DNA of 64,000 nucleotides from Carcharhinus amblyrhynchos (Eukaryota): positions 21,700,001 to 21,764,000 of the forward strand of contig OZ336895.1 in the NCBI GenBank assembly GCA_965287045.1, given 5' to 3'. Positions 52,001 through 59,622 of the stretch are shown here, piece after piece. The translations under genes and the position numbers were made by a program. A model generated the notes under the pieces. The model searched no databases, was not told where the DNA came from, and was given only the letters and a program-made list of their open reading frames with translations. Each line of letters begins with the position of its first letter. The stretch's first letter is position 1.

Positions 52001-55000
52001 GTGCTACACTGTTCTTTGAGCCAAATATACTGCAGCTGCTGTATTTCTTTCAATAATGTGAATCAGGTGTACAGTGCATGCAGAGACGTGGTATTTTAGC
52101 CAATATTCATGTGGAATAGTACAGTCTTGGTGCTGCATCATGCAATCATTGGAGGGGAAATAGTGTGGATGTGAGATGTAATAACATCAAGTCCCTGGTT
52201 GCCGGCAGTGAAATGTATAAATGTCTTTATTAGCCCTTGGAAAGTGCAATAGATGAGGTGGGGGGTGGGGGCGGGGCAGGGAATTAAAGATGTTTCTGGC
52301 TGGTCATAAAATAAGCAGACCTTAAATGATTATCTCTATCTATCCGTAAGCTATATGGAACCCATTCCACAGGAGCTAGTAGTTGAACACCAGCATAAAA
52401 ACAGCAATGGTTTGCTAGAACGCTGAAAGCGTGAAAGGTAGACTTTTATAATATAGAAGATCCAGCCATTTCTACACACACTTGAGTTGACCACGAAACA
52501 TAATTGAAACAATTTGTTTTCAACTGCAGTATTGAATTTTAAAGTCCCACTTATTTAACCTGAATAATTAAAATGGTAAGCAGTTGAATCGCCAGCATGG
52601 ATGTCCTTTTCTGGGAGGGAAAATGGTTGGTTAACAATTATGTAACCTTACATTTAGTTGTAACCATCTTGAGTGTTAAATCAATGTTGTGAAAGGTTCA
52701 TTTAACTTCCCAAAATTGGAACAACTTTTTGGAGTTCTGTTCCTGTTCCTGTTACTAAACTATCTCTAAAACAGCCAGCTAGTAATACTTTTGATCTGAC
52801 CCCTTCTGTTAATTACTGAGATGACAGTCCAGTAAGCAGTTCTGCGATCATCCTGTTGGCAATCTACACACAATGCCCACTGCTATTCATGAGTGGTATG
52901 GTTTAGGCCCAAAAATCCTTGCCAGAAATTTTGTTCGAACTGCTCAAAAATGTTTGGAAGCGCTTGCTAATTGTATAAATCCCCTTGGAAATTGCATTTA
53001 ATAGCTAAAGAATGACATGTCAATGTTTACACTTTTACTGTAACTAAGCCTAAAAGCTATTGACTAAACACCATTTTTGTAAATAACTTGTACCTCAAAC
53101 TACAGAGAAACATTACCTTTTTTATGCTTATTACAGTCCTTGAAAACAGTCCACAGTGCTCCCAGCTTCCAATGCTATCCCATAATCCACTTTTACTGAC
53201 TAACTTTTTAATGATCTCCTCCAGGAACTTCCCTCAGCTTCAAGAGTCTCTTGAATCCACCACCAGCAGTAAACATGTTCTGCAACCCTCCATCCTAGTC
53301 AGTATTGGATAATCTTCTGATTGATGCAGGATGCATTTCATTGACTAGAGACCATCTCCCCCCATACCCAACTGCTTCTCTATGCTGACCACAAACTCTA
53401 CTATGTGGCAATCCTTCATGTGTAGGGAAGCTTGTAACCTGATCACAAAAATTGTTTCCTCTGCTCTCTTCCCCATGGCAGTGTGAAAGACATTAGCATT
53501 TCAATTTGGATACAAGGCTAATTAGCTGTTCTTGAAATCCTTTCATCTCGGAGGTAAATTGACTTTTTGCAGCACAATTATTTGCAACCCAAGACCTTTC
53601 TGGGACTTTGAGTCTTTGCCTACTCATTCCAAACCCAGAGACTTCTGTTGTTGCCTTCCTTTGATCTCCAATAATCAAACAACCCAGGCTTACTGTTGGG
53701 CAGACTGCAGAACAGGTCCTGTGACTCACTTCATTTGTCTTAAATTTAAAGATACAATCCCAAAATATTATGTCATCATTGTTACAACATGCATTGATTT
53801 GTTGATGAGCAAACACCATTTAGTTGTGGAAATCTCTGCAGTGCTGAATGATCCTAAGTTTCCACCAAATATTTAAATCAAATATGAAATTCAATTTTAA
53901 TCTGAAATAAGTTCAGAAATAACCTCCAGAAATGTCACATCTGTAGATGTAGGGGAAATTACCAAGTTATTTAATAATGTTGGATAGACTACAATGTGTT
54001 GACTTGTAATTAGAAGATTTCCGCAAAATTTAAGTGTACTGCAGATGATTTGAGAAAGACAGATCTGCTTGAATTTGTTGTAGAGTTGAAACTTGGGCTT
54101 GAGTATTGGTTTGCTTTGTAAATGGCAAGAGATTTATTGGCCACGTTGAAACTACATTCCTTGGAAAGTGGAATCTATAGAGCTGCACAATCCTAAAGCT
54201 ACATTTATGAATTAGCCAACGTGTTGAAATAGTGCATTGAATTGTTTTCAATTCAGAGGAAGGAATGAATCTTTCTAATCTGTACTGCATTGGAGTTGTG
54301 CTGATACTGGTATTGTGACTGATTCTTAAGCATGGATAAGCTTTGGACCTTGTCAGACATCCATAATACACAATTTAAATCTAAATTCTGATCATTGATG
54401 TTAAGTGGCTTTATGAAATTAAGTTAAATTTCCACAAGACTGTCAATTATGCCAATGTGCAATAGACTGATATTTGAATATATCTATGGTTGTTTTGATT
54501 ATAGACCATGATATGATCTTCCTAACATTTTACATGTGGCTATATGCTTATCTTGTCATAAAATTTGACAGCCTACTGAGAGGTCGATTCTTGGCCTTTG
54601 CTGTACAGGTCTTATTATTTAGACAATTCCAAATGTTTCAGCATTCTCCTCCTCTTCCTGATCCAGAAACAATGTCAGCCAGCTCTCTGAATGGCTAAGA
54701 GGCAAGAACCTACATCAGAGTGGTGCACTTGAGACATTGGAGCCACTGATACAAGCTACACAGCTCTTGCAATTGAATAAGACAACTGAAGCAGATGCAG
54801 AGGCAATCTGCTCTATGTGCACAGCACTCTCAAAGACACAGGTGCATTTCTATTTACCAACATATTTTGAGCATGCATACTGTAGTTATCTAAAAATGTT
54901 AGTTCAGTTGTAGTTTTAAAAGTACTAGGATTATGGAGGAATAGGTTTTGCAGAAATGTATTTTAAGGAGAGAGCAAAAATACTATTGAAATGATGGTTA

Positions 55001-58000
55001 TTGAGTGCAATATGGTTGGGGAACACGTTCACAGGCAATATAGAAAGTATACTGTAGCTATTAATAGGATACAGCAGTTGCAACCAGAATTAAGCTGATG
55101 AAAGAAATGAATTATGAAGGGCAATTGTGTAAATTGGGTAGTTACTCACTAGAATAAGAATGTTATTCTAAAATGATTGCAATAATAAACTGATCTGGAA
55201 GAGCTGTGTTGCCAGGTCCAGAATAATTGCATCAGAGGGGACAGCCAGCACCCAAGGAGGTGTAATATTCAAAGTTAACATGTGAAAACATTATTTATAT
55301 GCGCAGGTGGTGAGTCTATAAAACAACCTCCTTGAAGACAATGGACCCAGATTATAACGATTCCTTCAAATGTGAATTGGATCTCAATTTTCTTGGTGTA
55401 CAGGATAATTTGAAGCAAGTTACTACAACATGAGGGGAACAGATAACTTTGGACCAACAGTTTCAAAGAATTCCACTATGGGTTTTTCTTTTTGTCTAAT
55501 TTTCTAGACAAATTGGTAATTGCCTTGTTTAATGGGCAACTTTTTTATTGTGCACTGCTGGACTGCCAACTGGCAAGAGGTGAACGAGAGGGAACTCCAT
55601 GTTATTTTGCATGAGAATCAGGAAGATGATCGCATAATGGAGTGACAGAAAAACATGGAAATGGTCCTTTCTGAGGATTTAATGGCTTCCAGCTGTTTAC
55701 AGAGAAATAACTTCCTCCCCTTCCCTCCCGCATATAATGCGGACTTGAGCATGTGCAACAGCTGCCCCCCCCCCCCCCCCCCCGCCCACCTTGCTGCTGG
55801 GAAAAGTCAGCATCACTTTTTAAAAATGTTCCCATTCACCTAGAGTTCTGGTATCCCAATGAGCAAGTTTTTATTTTCCCCAGGTTGTGCTGGCTATGGA
55901 GATGGTTGAGGAGATGGCAGGCTTAGTCTGCTAAATTTCAAACACTAGCATTGTTATTTGATAGCTCACTGATGGAACAAGTTCCATCCCAATCTCCTTG
56001 TTATAGAAGCTAAATGTCAAATTTATCTTGAGAAAAGGCCAGAGAACAACTAGTTGTGGATCTATACGCTATAAGATTTGTGATATTTGCATCACGGGTG
56101 GTTGCTGGTTATCCTTGTTTACTTACCCACTTGTGGTGGCTACTGCCCCATAGTGGGATCCCTCCTATGGGAGATAGTTTTAAAATTATAAAGTTGAGTA
56201 AAAATCTGATCAGATGCTTCAAAAATTTAACTTTCCGTGGTTTATTAGATGGAATTAAGTCCATTTGATTTTTTAAAATCTTGCTACATATGTTCCCTTC
56301 TTGCAATTGTTACTTGGAAATTAGAATGTCATCCTGACAATTTCTTTTCTACTTACTGCTTTTACCTTTTGTTATGTAACAGATTGTGAAAATACTGACT
56401 TTGTATACACCTATTAATGAATTTGAAGAACGTGTGACTGTTGCTTTTATAAAGAATATTCAGGTATCTATTTTCAGTTATAGTAGCTGAAACAAGGCAT
56501 GTTCAGTAATTACACCTAAATTTTAATTTTTCACATGTTTAGCCATGTAACAGTACTTTGCATGATCTTTTTTGTTATAGTTAAAGACTGATTTGGAAGC
56601 ATGAAGTGGGTAGCTTTCTTGTGCATGATTCTTTCCTTCTCCACTGTTCCATAAAGCAAGTACATGTACAATTGAAAATAATCTCATCTTTTTGTAGGAA
56701 TAACAGAATTCCTTGGGTTTTTGAGCATCTAATTTTTTATTTTTGTACTTTTTTGTAACTTATGGTACTATAATACTGGAATTTGCATAACTTGGGCGTA
56801 AATGCCCTCTTTAAAATATTATCAGTTTTAACTCTTCAGTGGGATAACTTGCCCTTTATTATACCATGAGTTTATGAATTTTGGCGGTATATCCCTGGGG
56901 TGAAATCTTGCCTTAAAATGGCAGTGAGTCTGGCAAGAAAATCGGCATTTTTCTCGAGAGACCAATCTATTTTGTCTCCAATCTTACTACATTTTTACCC
57001 AACAAAATTCAAGGGGGGAGGGCTGAAATGCACCAGCAAAATCCAGCTACACAGCGATCGGGAAGCCCTTTTTACAGGGCACTGCAATCTGAGCAGCAAT
57101 ACCCCCCCTCCCCCTCCCCCACCCCCTCCCCCTCCCCCAGATCAGGGCCACTATCCACTCCAATGTTGTCCCCCCCCCCCCTAAAATTGACCATTGCTGG
57201 CATCCTCAGCTCACGACCACTTCTGCATGAGTCTTGTGCCCAACCCCCACCCCATGAGGCTCCCACTAGGTTCTGCCTCTTAGTACAGGATGGCACTACC
57301 ACCCTCTGTAAAGGGGCAATGCTGAGGGCATTGCCAGGGTACTGCCAAGCCATGTTCCTCCTCCCTTGGAGGCTATACTTGGTGGGGCTCCCCCATGAGA
57401 AGTTTGTGAATCTGTTGAAAAACTGTGCTGACTTGATTTGCAAATATGGCAAGGGGTTATGTTACAGGGTGGCAGAGTGGTATTTTAATTGTATTAAAAT
57501 ACATGTAAATCAAGTTCACACCGTTTTATAGGTGTAAACCTGATGACATCGCTGGTGAGAGTGCAGGGAAGACCTGAAGCCACATTCTTACCAGCGAGTA
57601 CCCCACCAGTATTTGCATGGATGGTGAAAGTGGGTTCAAGTTTGCCCCCATTTTTGAGAGAATTAATGAACAAAGAATTGTGGATTGCTCATCCTTTAAT
57701 TACAGTGGCCTTTTAAATGAAGGCACACTTTATATCACACTTTCATTCAATCTCCTCCCTGGGTCCAGATCCCAGATGGGAAAACATATCATTTCAATAG
57801 TGCCATGTAAATTTATTTTCCTTTTGCATCATTTCCCCGCCCCCCCCCCCCCCCCTCCCACCCACCCCGCGCAAGTCCTGGCCAACTGCAGGACTTAAAT
57901 GTTTCTTAGTCACTTAGTGCAATATTCAATGCTATTAGATTGAAACACTGAAAATTGCTGAGATTACCTTGCTGTTGTTACAGTTGTTTGTTTGACTTTG

Positions 58001-58494
58001 TAATCATAGAATCCCTGCTCTACAGAAGGAGGCCATTTGGCTCATCAAGTCTGTACTGACTGCAATCCCACCCAGTCCTGTTCCCCATAACCCTCATTTA
58101 CCCTCCTAATCCCCCTGATATCATCAATTAGCATGGCCAATCAACTTAACCTGCACATCTTTGGACTGATCTTTTTGATGAAACGTGTTCCCATAATTTC
58201 TGCAATTGGATTGCCTTGCTGTGGAATGCAGTGTAGATCTGAACCTTATTACATTTGAATTGTATTAGCCTCTCACTGTATAACTAACCTATTATCACAG
58301 CTAAGGACGTAATTGGTTATACTGAATGTTTTGTCTTATAGAATCGATTGGCAGGTAGAAGTCCAAGTCGTCAACTGCTAATGGAGTTAAAGCATGTGTT
58401 TGCTGTAAATTTTCCCATCATTCCTTCTCCTGTGAACCTGGACAAAATCAAAATCCCTGAAATCTTGGAGCTGGACTTTCTAAATAGATTCTGA
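3803..58494 (+). CDS. MYO5B: Unconventional myosin V, MYO5B-like (divergent), 5'-partial; 23 coding exons, 1136 aa in window
   Basis: Spliced exons stay in one frame with matching phases: [38 protein letters not shown], 6 IQ motifs (23-25-23-25-23 spacing), coiled coil, [36 protein letters not shown]. Myosin V is certain; the symbol means MYO5B-like and orthology is not established. Confidence 0.85.
4805..5085 (-). mobile_element. V-domain tRNA SINE (HE1-type head, alternative tail)
   Basis: Minus strand: CAGTGGTTAGCACTGCTGCCTCAG...GGGTTTGATTCC; tail AACTTCATTGCAGTGTTAA...CTTGTGACAC. Confidence 0.85.
5540..5637 (+). CDS. Myosin V exon (motor)
   Basis: ttgcag|TTT...TT|gtgagt; [32 protein letters not shown]; 98 nt. 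Confidence 0.97.
5718..5940 (+). repeat. ~220-bp diverged direct repeat, copy 1
   Basis: Starts CTAGTCAAATGTAACCATTGCAGAGAAAT, colinear with 6509-6725. Confidence 0.85.
6509..6725 (+). repeat. ~220-bp diverged direct repeat, copy 2 (inside an old CR1 3' end)
   Basis: Same start; CR1-like sequence on both sides (about 6330-6505 and 6730-6845). Confidence 0.85.
7049..7135 (+). CDS. Myosin V exon (SH2/SH1 helix)
   Basis: ctgcag|G...AG|gtttgt; [28 protein letters not shown]; 87 nt. Confidence 0.97.
7865..8790 (+). mobile_element. CR1/HER1 LINE 3' fragment, interrupted at 7990-8458
   Basis: GAGACTGAGGGGTGACCTGAT...; tail GCCTGTTCCTGTGCTGAATTGTTCTTGTTCT. Confidence 0.85.
7990..8458. mobile_element. 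Non-autonomous hAT-like DNA transposon
   Basis: Imperfect termini CAGTAGCGTAGTTAG / CTGGTTATGGCCCTG; 8-bp flanks AGATGGGG (7982-7989) and AGATGGGT (8459-8466). Confidence 0.7.
9415..9690 (+). mobile_element. V-domain SINE (alternative tail)
   Basis: CACGTTCTCCCTGTGTCTGC...GGTTTCCTCCCA core; tail GTACCCGAACAGGTGCC...TTGCAGTGTTAATGTAAGC. Confidence 0.85.
10079..10187 (+). CDS. Myosin V exon (converter)
   Basis: ctttag|G...AAG|gtttaa; [16 protein letters not shown]...LENLIK; 109 nt. Confidence 0.95.
10735..11235 (+). mobile_element. DeuSINE (SacSINE1/AmnSINE1-like)
   Basis: TGCTGCGCTGTTGGAAGAGCCATCTTTTGGATGAGATATTAAACC Deu-like core; tail GTGCTATATAAAT with a ~43-bp tandem duplication. Confidence 0.7.
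11584..11795 (+). CDS. Myosin V exon (converter, IQ1-2)
   Basis: tcacag|GAT...CA|gtgagt; [26 protein letters not shown]...[11 protein letters not shown]; 212 nt. Confidence 0.97.
12270..12412 (+). mobile_element. Penelope-like terminal fragment
   Basis: CCAGACCTGCTGAG...TTCCAGCATTTTCTGTTTTTGTTTC, reverse complement of the 1900 end; similar pieces at about 21150-21240 and 62270-62310. Confidence 0.6.
12441..12597 (+). CDS. Myosin V exon (IQ3-4), GC donor
   Basis: ttttag|C...AAG|gcaaga; 157 nt keeps the 25-aa IQ4-IQ5 spacing; an alternative GT donor would end the exon at 12603. Confidence 0.9.
12690..13445 (+). mobile_element. Degraded DeuSINE, interrupted at about 12900-13260
   Basis: AGTGCTGCGCTCTAGTAGGTGCTGTCTTTC...; GTGTGCAAATTAGCTGC; tail AAAGGTGCTATATCAATGCAAGTC. 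Confidence 0.55.
13646..13885 (+). CDS. Myosin V exon (IQ5-6, coiled-coil start)
   Basis: attag|TTG...CAG|gtaaac; [34 protein letters not shown]; 240 nt. Confidence 0.97.
15419..15732 (+). mobile_element. HE1 SINE (V-SINE with HER1/CR1 tail)
   Basis: TGGCACAGTGGTTAGC A-box, GGTTTGATTCC B-box, GGTTAGGTGGATTGGCCATGCTAAATT, tail GGATTCTATGA. Confidence 0.9.
15947..15971 (-). pseudogene. U2 snRNA stem-loop I fragment
   Basis: TCTCAGCCTTTTGGCTAAGATGAAG vs U2 TCTCGGCCTTTTGGCTAAGATCAAG (23/25). Confidence 0.85.
15998..16019 (-). pseudogene. Possible U4 snRNA 5' stem-loop fragment
   Basis: GTAGCC---GAGGTTAAACCTAGGC vs recalled U4 GTAGCCAATGAGGTTTATCCGAGGC (6/6 + 13/16, 3-nt gap). Confidence 0.4.
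16055..16111 (-). pseudogene. U1 snRNA-derived fragment (5' end plus stem-loop II)
   Basis: Minus strand TACCTGGCAGGGGA (14/14 to the U1 5' region as recalled), then GCGAG-TCCATTGCACT-tg-GGAT-att-CTGA-ta-CCTGCGAT, colinear with U1 SLII/III; SLI deleted; no Sm site. Confidence 0.8.
16116..16263 (+). mobile_element. CR1 LINE 3' tail
   Basis: GATCAGCCATGATCTTATTGAATGGTGGGGCAGGCTCGAAGGGC...TTCTTATGTTCTTAT. Confidence 0.85.
17150..17400 (+). repeat. G-rich low-complexity tract (G-quadruplex potential)
   Basis: Many GGG(G) runs separated by T/TT. Confidence 0.7.
18774..19001 (+). CDS. Myosin V exon (coiled coil)
   Basis: cttcag|AGT...CAA|gtagga; [10 protein letters not shown]...LLKQ; 228 nt. Confidence 0.92.
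20040..20310 (+). mobile_element. Degraded SINE-like element
   Basis: GTTCAAATCCC B-box-like motif; CTGATTCACTGATGTCCTTT...TGAAGTGGCCAGCAAGCCACTC resembles a common shark interspersed repeat. Confidence 0.45.
21510..21603 (+). CDS. Myosin V exon (coiled coil)
   Basis: tttcag|CGT...G|gtattt; [31 protein letters not shown]; 94 nt. Confidence 0.92.
22600..24260 (-). mobile_element. CR1/L2-group LINE remnant (RT region and 3' end), with nested insertions
   Basis: Minus-strand [32 protein letters not shown]...[11 protein letters not shown] is the N-terminal RT region of non-LTR elements. Confidence 0.75.
22792..23350 (+). mobile_element. Rex1/Babar-like LINE 3' fragment nested in the previous LINE
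   Basis: Degraded YFL.RLRKF...[20 protein letters not shown] motif; tail AATACTTTTCATTGTATAC...AATAATAAATCTAAT. Confidence 0.7.
24436..24584 (+). CDS. Myosin V exon (coiled coil)
   Basis: taaag|AT...AAG|gtaatt; [31 protein letters not shown]; 149 nt. Confidence 0.94.
26020..26700 (+). mobile_element. Degraded L2-like LINE 3' remnant
   Basis: ATTTCCACCTCCATAAC...CTCAGCTCA...TGCTGAAACTC and TTTGTGAAGTGCC...GACATTT tail. Confidence 0.45.
26978..27028 (+). CDS. Myosin V small tail exon
   Basis: taatag|GAA...AAG|gtaata; [17 protein letters not shown]; 51 nt, phase 0/0, positioned like the short exon before RQELE in MYO5A/B; little sequence similarity. Confidence 0.7.
27401..27637 (+). CDS. Myosin V exon (medial coiled coil), GC donor
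   Basis: tgctag|TAT...AAG|gcaagt; [20 protein letters not shown]...AMRNK; 237 nt. Confidence 0.9.
28780..28877 (+). CDS. Myosin V exon (exon C equivalent)
   Basis: ttacag|GCT...AA|gtaagt; ...[17 protein letters not shown]; 98 nt, phase 0/2. Confidence 0.88.
29190..29372 (+). mobile_element. CR1 3' tail nested in an opposite-strand CR1 tail (about 29060-29620)
   Basis: GAGGGCTGAAGGGCCTGTACTGTGCTGTCCTGTTCAATGTTCTA. Confidence 0.75.
30685..31022 (+). mobile_element. CR1/HER1 LINE 3' end
   Basis: [10 protein letters not shown]...[17 protein letters not shown] (CR1 ORF2 C-terminus) plus tail. Confidence 0.9.
31169..31441 (+). repeat. Left arm of ~270-bp inverted repeat
   Basis: AGTAGATATCTGCTTTATGGGTCACCCAGGGAATAAT... 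is the reverse complement of 32036-32287. Confidence 0.9.
31945..33540 (-). mobile_element. CR1/HER1 LINE, 5'-truncated, frameshifted RT
   Basis: [44 protein letters not shown] across successive minus-strand ORFs; tail at 31945-32020. Confidence 0.95.
32036..32287 (-). repeat. Right arm of ~270-bp inverted repeat, inside a CR1 3' UTR
   Basis: ...ATTATTCCCTGGGTGACCCATAAAGCAGATATCTACT. Confidence 0.9.
33560..33830 (+). mobile_element. V-domain SINE (alternative tail)
   Basis: GGGTTTCCTCCGGGTGCTTTGGTTTCCTCCCACAGTC core; tail TAATGTAAGCCTACTTGTGACTAATAAACTTT. Confidence 0.85.
35538..35840 (+). mobile_element. HE1 SINE
   Basis: GTGGCACAGTGCTTAGCACTGCTGCC...GGTTCGATTCC...GTGTGGAGTTTGCACATTCTCC; CR1-type tail. 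Confidence 0.9.
37478..37676 (+). CDS. Myosin V exon (exon E equivalent)
   Basis: atacag|A...CTG|gtaaca; [10 protein letters not shown]...[11 protein letters not shown]; 199 nt. Confidence 0.95.
37860..38580 (+). mobile_element. CR1 LINE endonuclease-region remnant
   Basis: Degraded [33 protein letters not shown]-like motifs. Confidence 0.8.
39030..40000 (+). mobile_element. CR1 LINE RT and 3' end
   Basis: [27 protein letters not shown]; tail GGGCCGAAGGGCCTGTTACTGTG. Confidence 0.9.
41202..41232. repeat. Perfect 15-bp inverted repeat with 1-nt spacer
   Basis: TTGGTAATTTAAAAT-T-ATTTTAAATTACCAA. Confidence 0.9.
42206..42284 (+). CDS. Myosin V exon (last coiled coil)
   Basis: ttctag|GAT...A|gtatgt; [26 protein letters not shown]; 79 nt. 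Confidence 0.9.
42966..43009. repeat. (CA)22 microsatellite
   Basis: Pure CA run. Confidence 0.98.
43195..43318. mobile_element. ~125-bp MITE-like element
   Basis: Ends GGGATTTTA / GTAAAGTTCCAGCC; colinear with 44893-45018 and similar in reverse to 62765-62892. Confidence 0.55.
43357..43497 (+). CDS. Myosin V exon (start of globular tail)
   Basis: ctctag|GA...G|gtaagg; [23 protein letters not shown]; 141 nt. Confidence 0.95.
44385..44556 (-). mobile_element. HE1-type SINE, partial
   Basis: GAAACCCATGCAGACACGGGGAGAATGTGCAGACTCTGCACAGACAG. Confidence 0.85.
44893..45018. mobile_element. ~125-bp MITE-like element
   Basis: GGGATTTTCTGGCC...GTCAATGGACCTTTCCATGGTCCGCCCCTCA...GGTAAAATTTGCCC. Confidence 0.55.
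45330..45641 (-). mobile_element. tRNA-headed SINE of a non-HE1 family
   Basis: Minus strand TGGCACAGTGGGTAGC (A-box) and GGTTCAAGCTCC (B-box-like); body unlike HE1; 3' limit uncertain. Confidence 0.55.
46007..46161 (+). CDS. Myosin V exon (globular tail)
   Basis: ttttag|AT...AAG|gtagga; [18 protein letters not shown]...GIKKVLK; 155 nt. Confidence 0.96.
46900..47215 (+). mobile_element. Penelope-like 3' fragment
   Basis: CTCTGAAGAAGAATCATG...GCCAGACCTGTTGAGTTTTTCCAGCATTTTCTGTTTTTATT. Confidence 0.6.
47240..47505 (+). mobile_element. DeuSINE 3' half
   Basis: CCCTCAACCAACATC...ACAGATTAT...TTGCTGTTTGTGGGAGCTTG...GTGCAAATTGGCTGC. Confidence 0.7.
47637..48345 (-). mobile_element. CR1/HER1 LINE 3' part
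   Basis: [19 protein letters not shown]; plus strand GTCATAGTCATAGAG tail. Confidence 0.9.
48658..48744 (+). CDS. Myosin V exon (globular tail)
   Basis: tggcag|AGA...GAG|gtgagt; [26 protein letters not shown]; 87 nt. Confidence 0.95.
49270..49420 (+). CDS. Myosin V exon (globular tail), GC donor
   Basis: ttacag|AAC...G|gcaagt; [28 protein letters not shown]; 151 nt; phase 1 required by the next exon. Confidence 0.93.
49677..50175 (-). mobile_element. CR1/HER1 LINE 3' part, same subfamily as 31945-33540
   Basis: RFTRMLP...[13 protein letters not shown]...WNKLP. Confidence 0.92.
50337..50662 (-). mobile_element. HE1 SINE, near full length
   Basis: GCATGGCCAATCAACCTAACCTGCACATCTTTGGACTGTGGGAGGAAAC...GGAATCGAACCCAGG. 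Confidence 0.92.
51191..51482 (+). CDS. Myosin V exon (globular tail/DIL)
   Basis: ttgcag|TG...AG|gtaaaa; SGMLEN...[20 protein letters not shown]; 292 nt. Confidence 0.96.
51790..52020 (+). mobile_element. CR1 3' tail, same subfamily as 8470-8790
   Basis: AGTGGAGATGTG...TGGAATGTACTGCCAAGT...CACATTTAAGACTTG. Confidence 0.8.
54667..54841 (+). CDS. Myosin V exon (DIL domain)
   Basis: atccag|A...CAG|gtgcat; [35 protein letters not shown]; 175 nt. Confidence 0.96.
56383..56463 (+). CDS. Myosin V exon (DIL domain end)
   Basis: taacag|ATT...CAG|gtatct; [27 protein letters not shown]; 81 nt. Confidence 0.97.
56897..57648. mobile_element. Probable non-autonomous DNA transposon/MITE
   Basis: GC-richer island with ends GGGGTGAAATCTTG / CAAGTTTGCCCC (imperfect inverted repeat). 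Confidence 0.45.
58003..58167 (-). mobile_element. HE1 SINE 3' half
   Basis: ATCATAGAATCCC...GGAGGCCATTTGGC...GCATGGCCAATCAACTTAACCTGCACATCTTTGGACT. Confidence 0.85.
58342..58494 (+). CDS. Myosin V terminal coding exon
   Basis: ttatag|AAT...TGA; [15 protein letters not shown]...[15 protein letters not shown]. Confidence 0.95.
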   Translation, partial: NRLAGRSPSRQLLMELKHVFAVNFPIIPSPVNLDKIKIPEILELDFLNRF

Positions 58495-59230
58495 ACATAT
58501 ATATTAAGTTGGGACATCTGGAGTGGATTTATGACTTGCAAGGTTTTGGTTAATAGCTGCAGAGTATTGCAGAAGTAGCAGCTTGTTGCAAGTGACTACA
58601 ATTACACTTGTGTGGTTGAATAGCAGCACCCTCTTAATGCTCTTAAGTTCACTTTGTGGGGTTATTGGTGGGGGGGGGGGGGCGGAAGCAGCTTTTCTTA
58701 CAAGCACTTATTTGCAGTTTGTTTGAAGGTAACAGTGTAGTTCAGACATGATGGGTGGCATTTTTTTTAGAAACATAAAAGAGCCTTTTGGTGGATTCAA
58801 GCCCAAAACCTAGGGGTAAAAGAGTTTGTGAAGGTCTAAGGACAGATGGAATTTTAGCTAAGGGTAATTGATTAAGGCTCACTGAAATTGTTTGTAGCTT
58901 GAGTACTTTGATTTGTTCACGTGCACCAAATTAATCTCTGCTGAGATGTTCGGTTTAGTTGTGATTCAAAGCTGAAGTGGTGTCGAGGCTTTTGAGCAGT
59001 TAATCTAACCACAGTGCAATTAATATGGTGCTTTTTCATGACATTTTTCCTCCACCTGAGGAGTTGGGCATTCAATATTTAAGTCGTATGCCACTGATTT
59101 ATGTTGCTGAGAGGAAAGTTTGAAATCACCTGAACCATTTCACTGATTTTAAGAACCCTATCCGCCTTCCCAATGCTTAACGTAACATTGCTTCCTTTTG
59201 GTGGCCTGTCTCATAAGGACAACACAACTG

Positions 59231-59622
59231 AATAAAGCAAATATGAGATTGACATGGTTCTGTCGCAAGTATGTGCTTAAAATGATTTTGTTCTTGGATT
59301 ATTTATAATAAAATGAACTTTTAAATAGGTAAGTGTATTTTTGTGATATTGGCCAGCAGATCATTGTGAAATGTACATTTAATGTGTATGTATAAATAGA
59401 CTAATACTTTCAAAGTGACAATCTGAGGTTCCAGTCCAACATTTACATTTTTCTGCAATGCATATTAAAGAACTGTATTCTATAATTGAAACCAATTGAT
59501 TGAAATAATTCTATAAAATGTACTTCCATGTAGCTCTGCTGTAATATATTAATGTACTTTTTCTTGTCAGATTGTATGTTCATCCTTTTAAGTGTTCTTT
59601 AAACGAATTAATCTCTAATAAA
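59231..59622 (+). promoter_or_regulatory. Candidate polyadenylation signals of the myosin V 3' UTR
   Basis: AATAAA at 59231, 59307 and 59617 downstream of the stop; the site used cannot be determined. Confidence 0.4.

Noticed and set aside
56900-57898. Proline-rich ORFs
   Set aside because: Produced by poly-C tracts and a GC-rich repeat.
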